Below, one piece after another: positions 15,001-29,302 of a stretch of 64,000 bases of DNA. The stretch covers positions 2,852,001 to 2,916,000 of the forward strand of contig JASTWF010000035.1 in assembly GCA_030390025.1 (NCBI GenBank), written 5' to 3'. The notes under the pieces are model-generated. The model saw nothing but the letters and a program-made list of their open reading frames with translations, ran no database searches and was not told the origin of the DNA. This DNA is from Squalus acanthias. Taxonomy: Eukaryota. Position 1 is the first letter of the stretch, and the number at the start of each line of letters is the position of its first letter. Position numbers and translations under genes: made by a program.

Positions 15001-18000
15001 ATAGTCTGATCTGTGTTCACACTGCGGTGTGTGGGATAGTCTGATCTGTGTTCACACTGCGGTGTGTGGGATAGTCTGATCTGTGTTCACTGCGGTGTGT
15101 GGGATAGTCTGATCTGTGTTCACACTGCGGTGTGTGGGATAGTCTGATCTGTGTCACACTGCGGTGTGTGGGATAGTCTGATCTGTGTTCACACTGCGGT
15201 GTGTGGGATAGTCTGATCTGTGCTCACACTGCGGTGTGTGGGATAGTCTGATCAGTGTTCACACTGCGGTGTGTGGGATAGTCTGATCTGTGTTCACTGC
15301 GGTGTGTGGGATAGTCTGATCTGTGCTCACACTGCGGTGTGTGGGATAGTCTGATCTGTGTTCACCTGCGGTGTGTGGGATAGTCTGATCTGTGTTCACA
15401 CTGCGGTGTGTGGGATAGTCTGATCTGTGTTCACACTGCGGTGTGTGGGATAGTCTGATCTGTGTTCACACTGCGGTGTGTGGGATAGTCTGATCTGTGT
15501 TCACTGCGGTGTGTGGATAGTCTGATCTGTGTCACACTGCGGTGTGTGGATAGTCTGATCTGTGCTCACACTGCGGTGTGTGGATAGTCTGATCTGTGTT
15601 CACACTGCGGTGTGTGGGATAGTCTGATCTGTGTCACACTGCGGTGTGTGGGATAGTCTGATCTGTGCTCACTGCGGTGTGTGGGATAGTCTGATCTGTG
15701 TTCACTGCGGTGTGTGGGATAGTCTGATCTGTGTTCACACTGCGGTGTGTGGATAGTCTGATCTGTGTTCACACTGCGGTGTGTGGGATAGTCTGATCTG
15801 TGTTCACTGCGGTGTGTGGGATAGTCTGATCTGTGTTCACACTGCGGTGTGTGGGATAGTCTGATCTGTGTTCACACTGCGGTGTGTGGATAGTCTGATC
15901 TGTGTTCACACTGCGGTGTGTGGGATAGTCTGATCTGTGTTCACACTGCGGTGTGTGGGATAGTCTGATCTGTGTTCACCTGCGGTGTGTGGGATAGTCT
16001 GATCTGTGTTCACTGCGGTGTGTGGGATAGTCTGATCTGTGTTCACACTGCGGTGTGTGGGATAGTCTGATCTGTGTTCACACTGCGGTGTGTGGGATAG
16101 TCTGATCTGTGTTCACTGCGGTGTGTGGGATAGTCTGATCTGTGCTCACACTGCGGTGTGTGGGATAGTCTGATCTGTGTTCACTGCGGTGTGTGGGATA
16201 GTCTGATCTGTGTCACACTGCGGTGTGTGGGATAGTCTGATCTGTGTTCACACTGCGGTGTGTGGGATAGTCTGATCTGTGTTCACACTGCGGTGTGTGG
16301 GATAGTCTGATCTGTGTTCACACTGCGGTGTGTGGGATAGTCTGATCTGTGTTCACACTGCGGTGTGTGGATAGTCTGATCTGTGTTCACACTGCGGTGT
16401 GTGGGATAGTCTGATCTGTGTTCACACTGCGGTGTGTGGGATAGTCTGATCTGTGTTCACACTGCGGTGTGTGGGATAGTCTGATCTGTGCTCACACTGC
16501 GGTGTGTGGGATAGTCTGATCTGTGTTCACACTGCGGTGTGTGGGATAGTCTGATCTGTGTTCACACTGCGGTGTGTGGGATAGTCTGATCTGTGTTCAC
16601 ACTGCGGTGTGTGGGATAGTCTGATCTGTGTTCACTGCGGTGTGTGGGATAGTCTGATCTGTGCTCACACTGCGGTGTGTGGGATAGTCTGATCTGTGTT
16701 CACACTGCGGTGTGTGGGATAGTCTGATCTGTGTTCACTGCGGTGTGTGGGATAGTCTGATCTGTGTTCACACTGCGGTGTGTGGATAGTCTGATCTGTG
16801 TTCACACTGCGGTGTGTGGGATAGTCTGATCTGTGTTCACACTGCGGTGTGTGGGATAGTCTGATCTGTGTTCACACTGCGGTGTGTGGGATAGTCTGAT
16901 CTGTGTTCACTGCGGTGTGTGGGATAGTCTGATCTGTGTTCACTGCGGTGTGTGGGATAGTCTGATCTGTGTTCACACTGCGGTGTGTGGGATAGTCTGA
17001 TCTGTGTTCACACTGCGGTGTGTGGGATAGTCTGATCTGTGTTCACACTGCGGTGTGTGGGATAGTCTGATCTGTGTTCACTGCGGTGTGTGGGATAGTC
17101 TGATCTGTGTTCACACTGCGGTGTGTGGGATAGTCTGATCTGTGTTCACTGCGGTGTGTGGGATAGTCTGATCTGTGTTCACACTGCGGTGTGTGGGATA
17201 GTCTGATCTGTGTTCACACTGCGGTGTGTGGGATAGTCTGATCTGTGTTCACACTGCGGTGTGTGGGATAGTCTGATCTGTGTTCACACTGCGGTGTGTG
17301 GGATAGTCTGATCTGTGTTCACACTGCGGTGTGTGGGATAGTCTGATCTGTGTTCACACTGCGGTGTGTGGGATAGTCTGATCTGTGCTCACACTGCGGT
17401 GTGTGGGATAGTCTGATCTGTGTTCACACTGCGGTGTGTGGGATAGTCTGATCTGTGTTCACTGCGGTGTGTGGGATAGTCTGATCTGTGTTCACACTGC
17501 GGTGTGTGGGATAGTCTGATCTGTGTTCACACTGCGGTGTGTGGGATAGTCTGATCTGTGTTCACACTGCGGTGTGTGGGATAGTCTGATCTGTGTTCAC
17601 ACTGCGGTGTGTGGGATAGTCTGATCTGTGTTCACACTGCGGTGTGTGGGATAGTCTGATCTGTGTTCACACTGCGGTGTGTGGGATAGTCTGATCTGTG
17701 CTCACACTGCGGTGTGTGGATAGTCTGATCTGTGTTCACACTGCGGTGTGTGGGATAGTCTGATCTGTGTTCACACTGCGGTGTGTGGGATAGTCTGATC
17801 TGTGTTCACACTGCGGTGTTGTGGGATAGTCTGATCTGTGTTCACACTGCGGTGTGTGGGATAGTCTGATCTGTGTTCTCACTGCGGTGTGTGGGATAGT
17901 CTGATCTGTGTTCCACACTGCGGTATGGTGGGATAGTCTGATCTCTGTGTTCACACTGCGGTGTGTGGGATAGTCTGATCTGTGTCTCACTGCGGTGTGT

Positions 18001-21000
18001 GGGATAGTCTGATCTGTGTTCACACTGCGGGTGTGGGATAGTCTGATCTGTGCTCACTGCGGTTGTGTGGGATAGTCTGATCTGTGTTCACACTGCGGTG
18101 TGTGGGATAGTCTGATCTGTGTTCACACTGCGGTGTGTGGGATAGTCTGATCTGTGTTCACGTGCGGTGTGGGGATAGTCTGATCTGTGTTCACACTGCG
18201 GTGTGTGGGATAGTCTTGTAATGTGTTCCCACTGCGGTGTGTGGGATAGTCTGATCTGTGTTCACTGCGGTGTGTGGGAATAGTTCTGATCTGTGTTCAC
18301 ACTGCGGGTGTGTGGGATAGTCTGATCTGTGTTCACGACTGCGGTGTGTGGGATAGTCTGATCTGTGTTCACACGGCGGGTGTGTGGGATAGTCTGATCT
18401 GTGTCTCACTGCGGTGTGTGGGATAGTCTGATCTGTGTTCACACTGCGGTGTGTGGGATAGTCTGATCTGTGTTCACACTGCGGTGTGTGGGATAGTCTG
18501 ATCTGTGCTCACACTGCGGTGTGTGGGATAGTCTGATCTGTGTTCACACTGCGGTGTGTGGGATAGTCTGATCTGTGCTCACACTGCGGTGTGTGGATAG
18601 TCTGATCTGTGTTCACACTGCGGTGTGTGGGATAGTCTGATCTGTGCTCACACTGCGGTGTGTGGGATAGTCTGATCTGTGCTCACACTGCGGTGTGTGG
18701 GATAGTCTGATCTGTGTTCACACTGCGGTGTGTGGGATAGTCTGATCTGTGTCACACTGCGGTGTGTGGGATAGTCTGATCTGTGCTCACACTGCGGTGT
18801 GTGGGATAGTCTGATCTGTGTTCACACTGCGGTGTGTGGGATAGTCTGATCTGTGTTCACTGCGGTGTGTGGGATAGTCTGATCTGTGTTCACACTGCGG
18901 TGTGTGGGATAGTCTGATCTGTGTTCACACTGCGGTGTGTGGGATAGTCTGATCTGTGTTCACTGCGGTGTGTGGGATAGTCTGATCTGTGTTCACACTG
19001 CGGTGTGTGGGATAGTCTGATCTGTGTTCACTGCGGTGTGTGGGATAGTCTGATCTGTGTTCACACTGCGGTGTGTGGGATAGTCTGATCTGTGTTCACA
19101 CTGCGGTGTGTGGGATAGTCTGATCTGTGTTCACACTGCGGTGTGTGGGATAGTCTGATCTGTGTTCACTGCGGTGTGTGGGATAGTCTGATCTGTGTTC
19201 ACACTGCGGTGTGTGGGATAGTCTGATCTGTGTTCACACTGCGGTGTGTGGGATAGTCTGATCTGTGTTCACACTGCGGTGTGTGGGATAGTCTGATCTG
19301 TGTTCACACTGCGGTGTGTGGGATAGTCTGATCTGTGTTCACTGCGGTGTGTGGGATAGTCTGATCTGTGTTCACACTGCGGTGTGTGGGATAGTCTGAT
19401 CTGTGTTCACACTGCGGTGTGTGGGATAGTCTGATCTGTGTTCACTGCGGTGTGTGGGATAGTCTGATCTGTGTTCACACTGCGGTGTGTGGGATAGTCT
19501 GATCTGTGTTCACTGCGGTGTGTGGGATAGTCTGATCTGTGTTCACACTGCGGTGTGTGGGATAGTCTGATCTGTGTTCACTGCGGTGTGTGGGATAGTC
19601 TGATCTGTGTTCACTGCGGTGTGTGGGATAGTCTGATCTGTGTTCACACTGCGGTGTGTGGGATAGTCTGATCTGTGTTCACACTGCGGTGTGTGGGATA
19701 GTCTGATCTGTGTTCACTGCGGTGTGTGGGATAGTCTGATCTGTGTTCACACTGCGGTGTGTGGGATAGTCTGATCTGTGTTCACACTGCGGTGTGTGGG
19801 ATAGTCTGATCTGTGTTCACTGCGGTGTGTGGGATAGTCTGATCTGTGTTCACACTGCGGTGTGTGGGATAGTCTGATCTGTGTCAAACTGCGGTGTGTG
19901 GATAGTCTGATCTGTGTTCACACTGCGGTGTGTGGGATAGTCTGATCTGTGTTCACACTGCGTGTGTGGGATAGTCTGATCTGTGTTCACACTGCGTGTG
20001 TGGGATGTCTGATCTGTTTCACACTGCGGTGTGTGGATAGTCTGATCTGTGTTCACCTGCGGTGTGTGGGATAGTCTGATCTGTGTTCACACTGCGGTGT
20101 GTGGGATCGTCTGATCTGTGTCAACTCTGCGTGTGTGGATAGTCTGATCTGTGTTCACACCTGCGCGTGTCGTGGATAGTCTGATCTGTGCTCACACTGC
20201 GGTGTGTGGGATAGTCTGATCTGTGCTTCACACTGCGGTGTGTGGGATAGTCTGATCTCGTGTTCACACTGCGGTGTGTGGGATAGTCTGATCTGTGTTC
20301 ACCTGGTGTGTGGATAGTCTGATCTTGTTCACTGCGGTGTGTGGGATAGTCTATCTGTGTTCCACACTGCGGTGTGTGGATAGTCTGATCTGTGTTCACA
20401 CTGCGGCTGTGTGGGATAGTCTGATCTGTGTTAACACGGCGGTGTGTGGGATAGGTCTGATCTGTGCTCACACTGCGTGTGTGGGATAGTCTGATCTGTG
20501 TTCACACTGCGGTGTGTGGATAGTCTGATCTGTGTTCACACTGCGGTGTGTGGGATAGTCTGATCTGTGTTCACACTGCGGTGTGTGGGATAGTCTGATC
20601 TGTGTTCACACTGCGGTGTGTGGGATAGTCTGATCTGTGTTCACACTGCGGTGTGTGGGATAGTCTGATCTGTGTTCACTGCGGTGTGTGGGATAGTCTG
20701 ATCTGTGTTCACACTGCGGTGTGTGGGATAGTCTGATCTGTGTTCACTGCGGTGTGTGGGATAGTCTGATCTGTGCTCACACTGCGGTGTGTGGGATAGT
20801 CTGATCTGTGTTCACACTGCGGTGTGTGGGATAGTCTGATCTGTGTTCACACTGCGGTGTGTGGGATAGTCTGATCTGTGTTCACTGCGGTGTGTGGGAT
20901 AGTCTGATCTGTGTTCACTGCGGTGTGTGGGATAGTCTGATCTGTGTTCACTGCGGTGTGTGGGATAGTCTGATCTGTGTTCACACTGCGGTGTGTGGGA

Positions 21001-24000
21001 TAGTCTGATCTGTGTTCACACTGCGGTGTGTGGGATAGTCTGATCTGTGTTCACACTGCGGTGTGTGGGATAGTCTGATCTGTGTTCACACTGCGGTGTG
21101 TGGGATAGTCTGATCTGTGTTCACACTGCGGTGTGTGGGATAGTCTGATCTGTGTTCACACTGCGGTGTGTGGGATAGTCTGATCTGTGTTCACACTGCG
21201 GTGTGTGGGATAGTCTGATCTGTGTTCACTCAGGTGTGTGGGATAGTCTGATCTGTGTTCACTGCGGTGTGTGGGATAGTCTGATCTGTGTTCACTGCGG
21301 TGTGTGGGATAGTCTGATCTGTGTTCACACTGCGGTGTGTGGGATAGTCTGATCTGTGTTCAACTGCGGTGTGTGGGATAGTCTGATCTGTGTTCACACT
21401 GCGGTGTGTGGGATAGTCTGATCTGTGTTCACTGCGGTGTGTGGGATAGTCTGATCTGTGTTCACACTGCGGTGTGTGGGATAGTCTGATCTGTGTTCAC
21501 TGCGGTGTGTGGGATAGTCTGATCTGTGTTCACACTGCGGTGTGTGGGATAGTCTGATCTGTGTTCACACTGCGGTGTGTGGGATAGTCTGATCTGTGTT
21601 CACACTGCGGTGTGTGGGATAGTCTGATCTGTGTTCACACTGCGGTGTGTGGGATAGTCTGATCTGTGTTCACACTGCGGTGTGTGGGATAGTCTGATCT
21701 GTGTTCACACTGCGGTGTGTGGGATAGTCTGATCTGTGTTCACACTGCGGTGTGTGGGATAGTCTGATCTGTGTTCACACTGCGGTGTGTGGGATAGTCT
21801 GATCTGTGTTCACACTGCGGTGTGTGGGATAGTCTGATCTGTGTTCACTGCGGTGTGTGGGATAGTCTGATCTGTGTTCACTGCGGTGTGTGGGATAGTC
21901 TGATCTGTGTTCACACTGCGGTGTGTGGGATAGTCTGATCTGTGTTCACTGCGGTGTGTGGGATAGTCTGATCTGTGTTCACACTGCGGTGTGTGGGATA
22001 GTCTGATCTGTGTTCACACTGCGGTGTGTGGGATAGTCTGATCTGTGTTCACACTGCGGTGTGTGGGATAGTCTGATCTGTGTTCACACTGCGGTGTGTG
22101 GGATAGTCTGATCTGTGTTCACACTGCGGTGTGTGGGATAGTCTGATCTGTGTTCACACTGCGGTGTGTGGAATAGTCTGATCTGTGTTCACACTGCGGT
22201 GTGTGGGATAGTCTGATCTGTGTTCACTGCGGTGTGTGGGATAGTCTGATCTGTGCTCACACTGCGGTGTGTGGGATAGTCTGATCTGTGTTCACACTGC
22301 GGTGTGTGGGATAGTCTGATCTGTGTTCACACTGCGGTGTGTGGGATAGTCTGATCTGTGTTCACACTGCGGTGTGTGGATAGTCTGATCTGTGTTCACC
22401 TGCGGTGTGTGGGATAGTCTGATCTGTGTTCACTGCGGTGTGTGGGATAGTCTGATCTGTGTTCACACTGCGGTGTGTGGGATAGTCTGATCTGTGTTCA
22501 CACTGCGGTGTGTGGGATAGTCTGATCTGTGTTCACACTGCGGTGTGTGGGATAGTCTGATCTGTGTTCACACTGCGGTGTGTGGGATAGTCTGATCTGT
22601 GTTCAACTGCGGTGTGTGGGATAGTCTGATCTGTGTTCACTGCGGTGTGTGGGATAGTCTGATCTGTGTTCAACTGCGGTGTGTGGGATAGTCTGATCTG
22701 TGTCACTTACTGCGGTGTGTGGGATAGTCTGATCTGTGTTCACTGCGGTGTGTGGGATAGTCTGATCTGTGTTCACACTGCGGTGTGTGGGATAGTCTGA
22801 TCTGTGTTCACTGCGGTGTGTGGGATAGTCTGATCTGTGTTCACACTGCGGTGTGTGGGATAGTCTGATCTGTGTTCACACTGCGGTGTGTGGGATAGTC
22901 TGATCTGTGTTCACACTGCGGTGTGTGGGATAGTCTGATCTGTGTTCACACTGCGGTGTGTGGGATAGTCTGATCTGTGTTCACACTGCGGTGTGTGGGA
23001 TAGTCTGATCTGTGCTCACACTGCGGTGTGTGGGATAGTCTGATCTGTGTTCACTGCGGTGTGTGGGATAGTCTGATCTGTGTTCACACTGCGGTGTGTG
23101 GGATAGTCTGATCTGTGTTCACACTGCGGTGTCCTGGATAGTCTGATCTGTTCACACTGCGGTGTGTGGAATAGTCTGATCTGTGTTCACTGCGGTGTGT
23201 GGGATAGTCTGATCTGTGCTCACACTGCGGTGTCTGGGATAGTCTAATCTGTGCTCACACTGCGGTGTCTGGGATAGTCTGATCTGTGTTCACACTGCGG
23301 TGTGTGGGATAGTCTGATCTGTGCTCACTGCGGTGTGTGGGATAGTCTGATCTGTGTTCACTGCGGTGTGTGGGATAGTCTGATCTGTGTTCACACTGCG
23401 GTGTGTGGGATAGTCTGATCTGTGTTCACACTGCGGTGTGTGGGATAGTCTGATCTGTGTTCACACTGCGGTGTGTGGGATAGTCTGATCTGTGTTCACA
23501 CTGCGGTGTGTGGGATAGTCTGATCTGTGTTCACTGCGGTGTGTGGGATAGTCTGATCTGTGTTCACTGCGGTGTGTGGGATAGTCTGATCTGTGCTCAC
23601 ATTGCGGTGTGTGGGATAGTCTGATCTGTGTTCACACTGCGGTGTGTGGGATAGTCTGATCTGTGCTCACACTGCGGTGTGTGGGATAGTCTGATCTGTG
23701 TTCACACTGCGGTGTGTGGGATAGTCTGATCTGTGTTCACACTGCGGTGTGTGGGATAGTCTGATCTGTGTTCACACTGCGGTGTGTGGGATAGTCTGAT
23801 CTGTGTTCACACTGCGGTGTGTGGGATAGTCTGATCTGTGTTCACACTGCGGTGTGTGGGATAGTCTGATCTGTGTTCACTCTGCGGTGTGTGGGATAGT
23901 CTGATCTCTGCTCACACTGCGGTGTGTGGGATAGTCTGATCTGTGTTCACTGCGGTGTGTGGGATAGTCTGATCTGTGTTCACACTGCGGTGTGTGGGAT

Positions 24001-27000
24001 AGTCTGATCTGTGTTCACACTGCGGTGTGTGGGATAGTCTGATCTGTGTTCACACTGCGGTGTGTGGGATAGTCTGATCTGTGTTCACACTGCGGTGTGT
24101 GGGATAGTCTGATCTGTGTTCACACTGCGGTGTGTGGGATAGTCTGATCTGTGTTCACACTGCGGTGTGTGGGATAGTCTGATCTGTGTTCACTGCGGTG
24201 TGTGGGATAGTCTGATCTGTGTTCACACTGCGGTGTGTGGGATAGTCTGATCTGTGTTCACCACTGCGGTGTGTGGGATAGTCTGATCTGTGTTCACATG
24301 CGGTGTGTGGGATAGTCTGATCTGTGTTCACACTGCGGTGTGTGGGATAGTCTGATCTGTGTTCACACTGCGGTGTGTGGGATAGTCTGATCTGTGTTCA
24401 CACTGCGGTGTGTGGGATAGTCTGATCTGTGTTCTCACTGCGGTGTGTGGGATAGTCTGATCTGTGTTCACTGCGGTGTGTGGGATAGTCTGATCTGTGT
24501 TCACACTGCGGTGTGTGGGATAGTCTGATCTGTGTTCACACTGCGGTGTGTGGGATAGTCTGATCTGTGCTCACACTGCGGTGTGTGGGATAGTCTGATC
24601 TGTGTTCACACTGCGGTGTGTGGGATAGTCTGATCTGTGTTCACACTGCGGTGTGTGGGATAGTCTGATCTGTGTTCACACTGCGGTGTGTGGGATAGTC
24701 TGATCTGTGCTCACACTGCGGTGTGTGGGATAGTCTGATCTGTGTTCACACTGCGGTGTGTGGGATAGTCTGATCTGTGTTCACACTGCGGTGTGTGGGA
24801 TAGTCTGATCTCTGCTCACACTGCGGTGTGTGGGATAGTCTGATCTGTGTTCACACTGCGGTGTGTGGGATAGTCTGATCTCTGCTCACACTGCGGTGTG
24901 TGGGATAGTCTGATCTGTGTTCACACTGCGGTGTGTGGGATAGTCTGATCTGTGCTCACACTGCGGTGTGTGGGATAGTCTGATCTGTGCTCACACTGCG
25001 GTGTGTGGGATAGTCTGATCTGTGTTCACACTGCGGTGTGTGGGATAGTCTGATCTGTGCTCACACTGCGGTGTGTGGGATAGTCTGATCTGTGTTCACA
25101 CTGCGGTGTGTGGGATAGTCTGATCTGTGTTCACACTGCGGTGTGTGGGATAGTCTGATCTGTGCTCACACTGCGGTGTGTGGGATAGTCTGATCTGTGT
25201 TCACTGCGGTGTGTGGGATAGTCTGATCTGTGTTCACTGCGGTGTGTGGGATAGTCTGATCTGTGTTCACTGCGGTGTGTGGGATAGTCTGATCTGTGCT
25301 CACACTGCGGTGTGTGGGATAGTCTGATCTGTGTTCACTGCGGTGTGTGGGATAGTCTGATCTGTTCACACTGCGGTGTGTGGGATAGTCTGATCTGTGT
25401 TCACTGCGGTGTGTGGGATAGTCTGATCTGTGTTCACACTGCGGTGTGTGGGATAGTCTGATCTGTGTTCACTGCGGTGTGTGGGATAGTCTGATCTGTG
25501 TTCACACTGCGGTGTGTGGGATAGTCTGATCTGTGTTCACACTGCGGTGTGTGGGATAGTCTGATCTGTGTTCACACTGCGGTGTGTGGATAGTCTGATC
25601 TGTGTTCACACTGCGGTGTGTGGGATAGTCTGATCTGTGTTCACACTGCGGTGTATGGGATAGTCTGATCTGTGTTCACACTGCGGTGTGTGGGATAGTC
25701 TGATCTGTGTTCACACTGCGGTGTGTGGGATAGTCTGATCTGTGTTCACACTGCGGTGTGTGGGATAGTCTGATCTGTGTTCACACTGCGGTGTGTGGGA
25801 TAGTCTGATCTGTGTTCACACTGCGGTGTGTGGAATAGTCTGATCTGTGTTCACACTGCGGTGTGTGGGATAGTCTGATCTGTGTTCACTGCGGTGTGTG
25901 GGATACTCTGATCTGTGCTCACACTGCGGTGTGTGGGATAGTCTGATCTGTGTTCACATTGCAGTGTGTGGGATAGTCTGATCTGTGTTCACACTGCGGT
26001 GTGTGGGATAGTCTGATCTGTGTTCACACTGCGGTGTGTGGGATAGTCTGATCTGTGTTCACACTGCGGTGTGTGGGATAGTCTGATCTGTGTTCATACT
26101 GCGGTGTGTGGGATTGTCTGATCTGTGTTCACTGCGGTGTGTGGGATAGTCTGATCTGTGTTCACATTGCAGTGTGTGGGATAGTCTGATCTGTGTTCAT
26201 ACTGCGGTGTGTGGGATAGTCTGATCTGTGTTCATACTGCGGTGTGTGGGATAGTCTGATCTGTGTTCATACTGCGGTGTGTGGGATAGTCTGATCTGTG
26301 TTCACTGCGGTGTGTGGGATAGTCTGATCTGTGTTCACATTGCAGTGTGTGGGATAGTCTGATCTGTGTTCACTGCGGTGTGTGGGATAGTCTGATCTGT
26401 GTTCACACTGTGGTGTGTGGGATAGTCTGATCTGTGTTCACACTGCGGTGTGTGAGATAGTCTGATCTGTGTTCACACTGCGGTGTGTGGGATAGTCTGA
26501 TCTGTGTTCACACTGCGGTGTGTGGGATAGTCTGATCTGTGCTCACACTGCGGTGTGTGGAATAGTCTGATCTGTGTTCACACTGCGGTGTGTGGAATAG
26601 TCTGATCTGTGCTCACACTGCGGTGTGTGGGATAGTCTGATCTGTGCTCACACTGCGGTGTGTGGGATAGTCTGATCTGTGCTCACACTGCGGTGTGTGG
26701 GATAGTCTGATCGGTGTTCACACTGCGGTGTGTGGGATAGTCTGATCTGTGCTCACACTGCGGTGTGTGGGATAGTCTGATCTGTGTTCACACTGCGGTG
26801 TGTGGGATAGTCTGATCTGTGTTCACACTGCGGTGTGTGGGATAGTCTGATCTGTGTTCACACTGCGGTGTGTGGGATAGTCTGATCTGTGCTCACACTG
26901 CGGTGTGTGGGATAGTCTGATCTGTGTTCACTGCGGTGTGTGGGATAGTCTGATCTGTGCTCACACTGCGGTGTCTGGGATAGTCTAATCAGTGCTCACA

Positions 27001-29302
27001 CTGCGGTGTGTGGGATAGTCTGATCTGTGCTCACACTGCGGTGTCTGGGATAGTCTAATCAGTGCTCACACTGCGGTGTCTGGGATAGTCTGATCTGTGT
27101 TCACTGCGGTGTGTGGGATAGTCTGATCTGTGTTAACAGTGCGGTGTGTGGGATAGTCTGATCTGTGTTCACACTGCGGTGTGTGGGATAGTCTGATCTG
27201 TGTTCACACTGCGGTGTGTGGGATAGTCTGATCTGTGCTCACTGCGGTGTGTGGGATAGTCTGATCTGTGTTCACTGCGGTGTGTGGGATAGTCTGATCT
27301 GTGCTCACATTGCGGTGTGTGGGATAGTCTGATCTGTGTTCACACTGCGGTGTGTGGGATAGTCTGATCCGTGTTCACACTGCGGTGTGTGGGATAGTCT
27401 GATCTGTGTTCACACTGCGGTGTGTGGGATAGTCTGATCCGTGTTCACACTGCGGTGTGTGGGATAGTCTGATCTCTGCTCACACTGCGGTGTGTGGGAT
27501 AGTCTGATCTGTGTTCACTGCGGTGTGTGGGATAGTCTGATCTGTGTTCACACTGCGGTGTGTGGGATAGTCTGATCTGTGTTCACTGCGGTGTGTGGGA
27601 TAGTCTGATCTGTGTTCACTGCGGTGTGTGGGATAGTCTGATCTGTGTTCACACTGCGGTGTCTGGGATAGTCTGATCTGTGTTCACACTGCGGTGTGTG
27701 GGATAGTCTGATCTGTGTTCACACTGCGGTGTGTGGGATAGTCTGATCTCTGCTCACACTGCGGTGTGTGGGATAGTCTGATCTGTGTTCACACTGCAGT
27801 GTGTGGAATAGTCTGATCTGTGTTCACACTGCGGTGTGTGGAATAGTCTGATCTGTGTTCACACTGCGGTGTGTGGGATAGTCTGATCTGTGCTCACACT
27901 GCGGTGTGTGGGATAGTCTGATCTGTGTTCACACTGCGGTGTTTGTGATAGTCTGATCTGTGCTCACACTGCGGTGTGTGGGATAGTCTGATCTGTGTTC
28001 ACTGCGGTGTGTGGGATAGTCTGATCTGTGTTCACTGCGGTGTGTGGGATAGTCTGATCTGTGCTCACACTGCGGTGTGTGGGATAGTCTGATCTGTGCT
28101 CACACTGCGGTGTGTGGGATAGTCTGATCTGTGTTCACACTGCGGTGTGTGGGATAGTCTGATCTGTGCTCACACTGCGGTGTGTGGGATAGTCTGATCT
28201 GTGCTCACACTGCGGTGTGTGGGATAGTCTGATCTGTGTTCACTGCGGTGTGTGGGATAGTCTGATCTGTGTTCACACTGCGGTGTGTGGGATAGTCTGA
28301 TCTGTGTTCACACTGCGGTGTGTGGGATAGTCTGATCTGTGTTCACACTGCGGTGTGTGGGATAGTCTGATCTGTGTTCACACTGCGGTGTGTGGGATAG
28401 TCTGATCTGTGTTCACACTGCGGTGTGTGGGATAGTCTGATCTGTGTTCACACTGCGGTGTGTGGGATAGTCTGATCTGTGTTCACACTGCGGTGTGTGG
28501 GATAGTCTGATCTGTGTTCACTGCGGTGTGTGGAATAGTCTGATCTGTGCTCACACTGCGGTGTGTGGGATAGTCTGATCTGTGTTCACACTGCGGTGTG
28601 TGGGATAGTCTGATCTGTGCTCACACTGCGGTGTGTGGGATAGTCTGATCTGTGTTCACACTGCGGTGTGTGGGATAGTCTGATCTGTGCTCACACTGCG
28701 GTGTGTGGAATAGTCTGATCTGTGTTCACTGCGGTGTGTGGGATAGTCTGATCTGTGCTCACACTGCGGTGTGTGGGATAGTCTGATCTGTGCTCACACT
28801 GCGGTGTGTGGAATAGCCTGATCTGTGTTCACTGCGGTGTGTGGGATAGTCTGATCTCTGCTCACACTGCGGTGTGTGGGATAGTCTGATCTGTGTTCAC
28901 ACTGCGGTGTGTGGGATAGTCTGATCTGTGCTCACACTGCGGTGTGTGGAATAGTCTGATCTGTGTTCACACTGCGGTGTGTGGGATAGTCTGATCTGTG
29001 TTCACTGCGGTGTGTGGGATAGTCTGATCTGTGTTCACACTGCGGTGTGTGGAATAACCTGATCTGTGTTCACTGCGGTGTGTGGGATAGTCTGATCTGT
29101 GTTCACACTGCGGTGTGTGGAATAACCTGATCTGTGTTCACTGCGGTGTGTGGGATAGTCTGATCTGTGTTCACACTGCGGTGTGTGGGATAGTCTGATC
29201 TGTGTTCACACTGCGGTGTGTGGGATAGTCTGATCTGTGCTCACACTGCGGTGTGTGGGATAGTCTGATCTGTGTTCACACTGCGGTGTGTGGGATAGTC
29301 TG
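1..29302. repeat. Tandem satellite array, 35-bp unit ATCTGTGTTCACACTGCGGTGTGTGGGATAGTCTG interspersed with a 33-bp variant lacking one CA; roughly 850 units, continues beyond the left window edge
   Basis: Directly visible head-to-tail repetition with no spacers. Common T/C variant (GTGTTC/GTGCTC). Each unit has one CpG, one GATC and an imperfect 14-bp palindrome CACACTG-CGGTGTG. Unit count estimated from length divided by about 34.5. Confidence 0.99.

Noticed and set aside
17810..20480. Patches of highly aberrant units (also ~2640-3060 and ~8600-8990) as diverged sub-arrays
   Set aside because: The changes are mostly non-recurrent 1-nt indels in bursts, typical of low-coverage long-read consensus error. 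They cannot be treated as biological without reads.
2486..25369. Repetitive ORFs (NTDQTIPHTAV, CEHRSDYPTHRS and similar) in the satellite
   Set aside because: Translations of the 33/35-bp unit, extended only where indels or runs of 33-mers skip the stop codon. No coding signal.
1..29302. CRISPR array (35-bp partly palindromic repeat)
   Set aside because: Units are contiguous with no unique spacers, there are no cas genes, and the context is a vertebrate genome.
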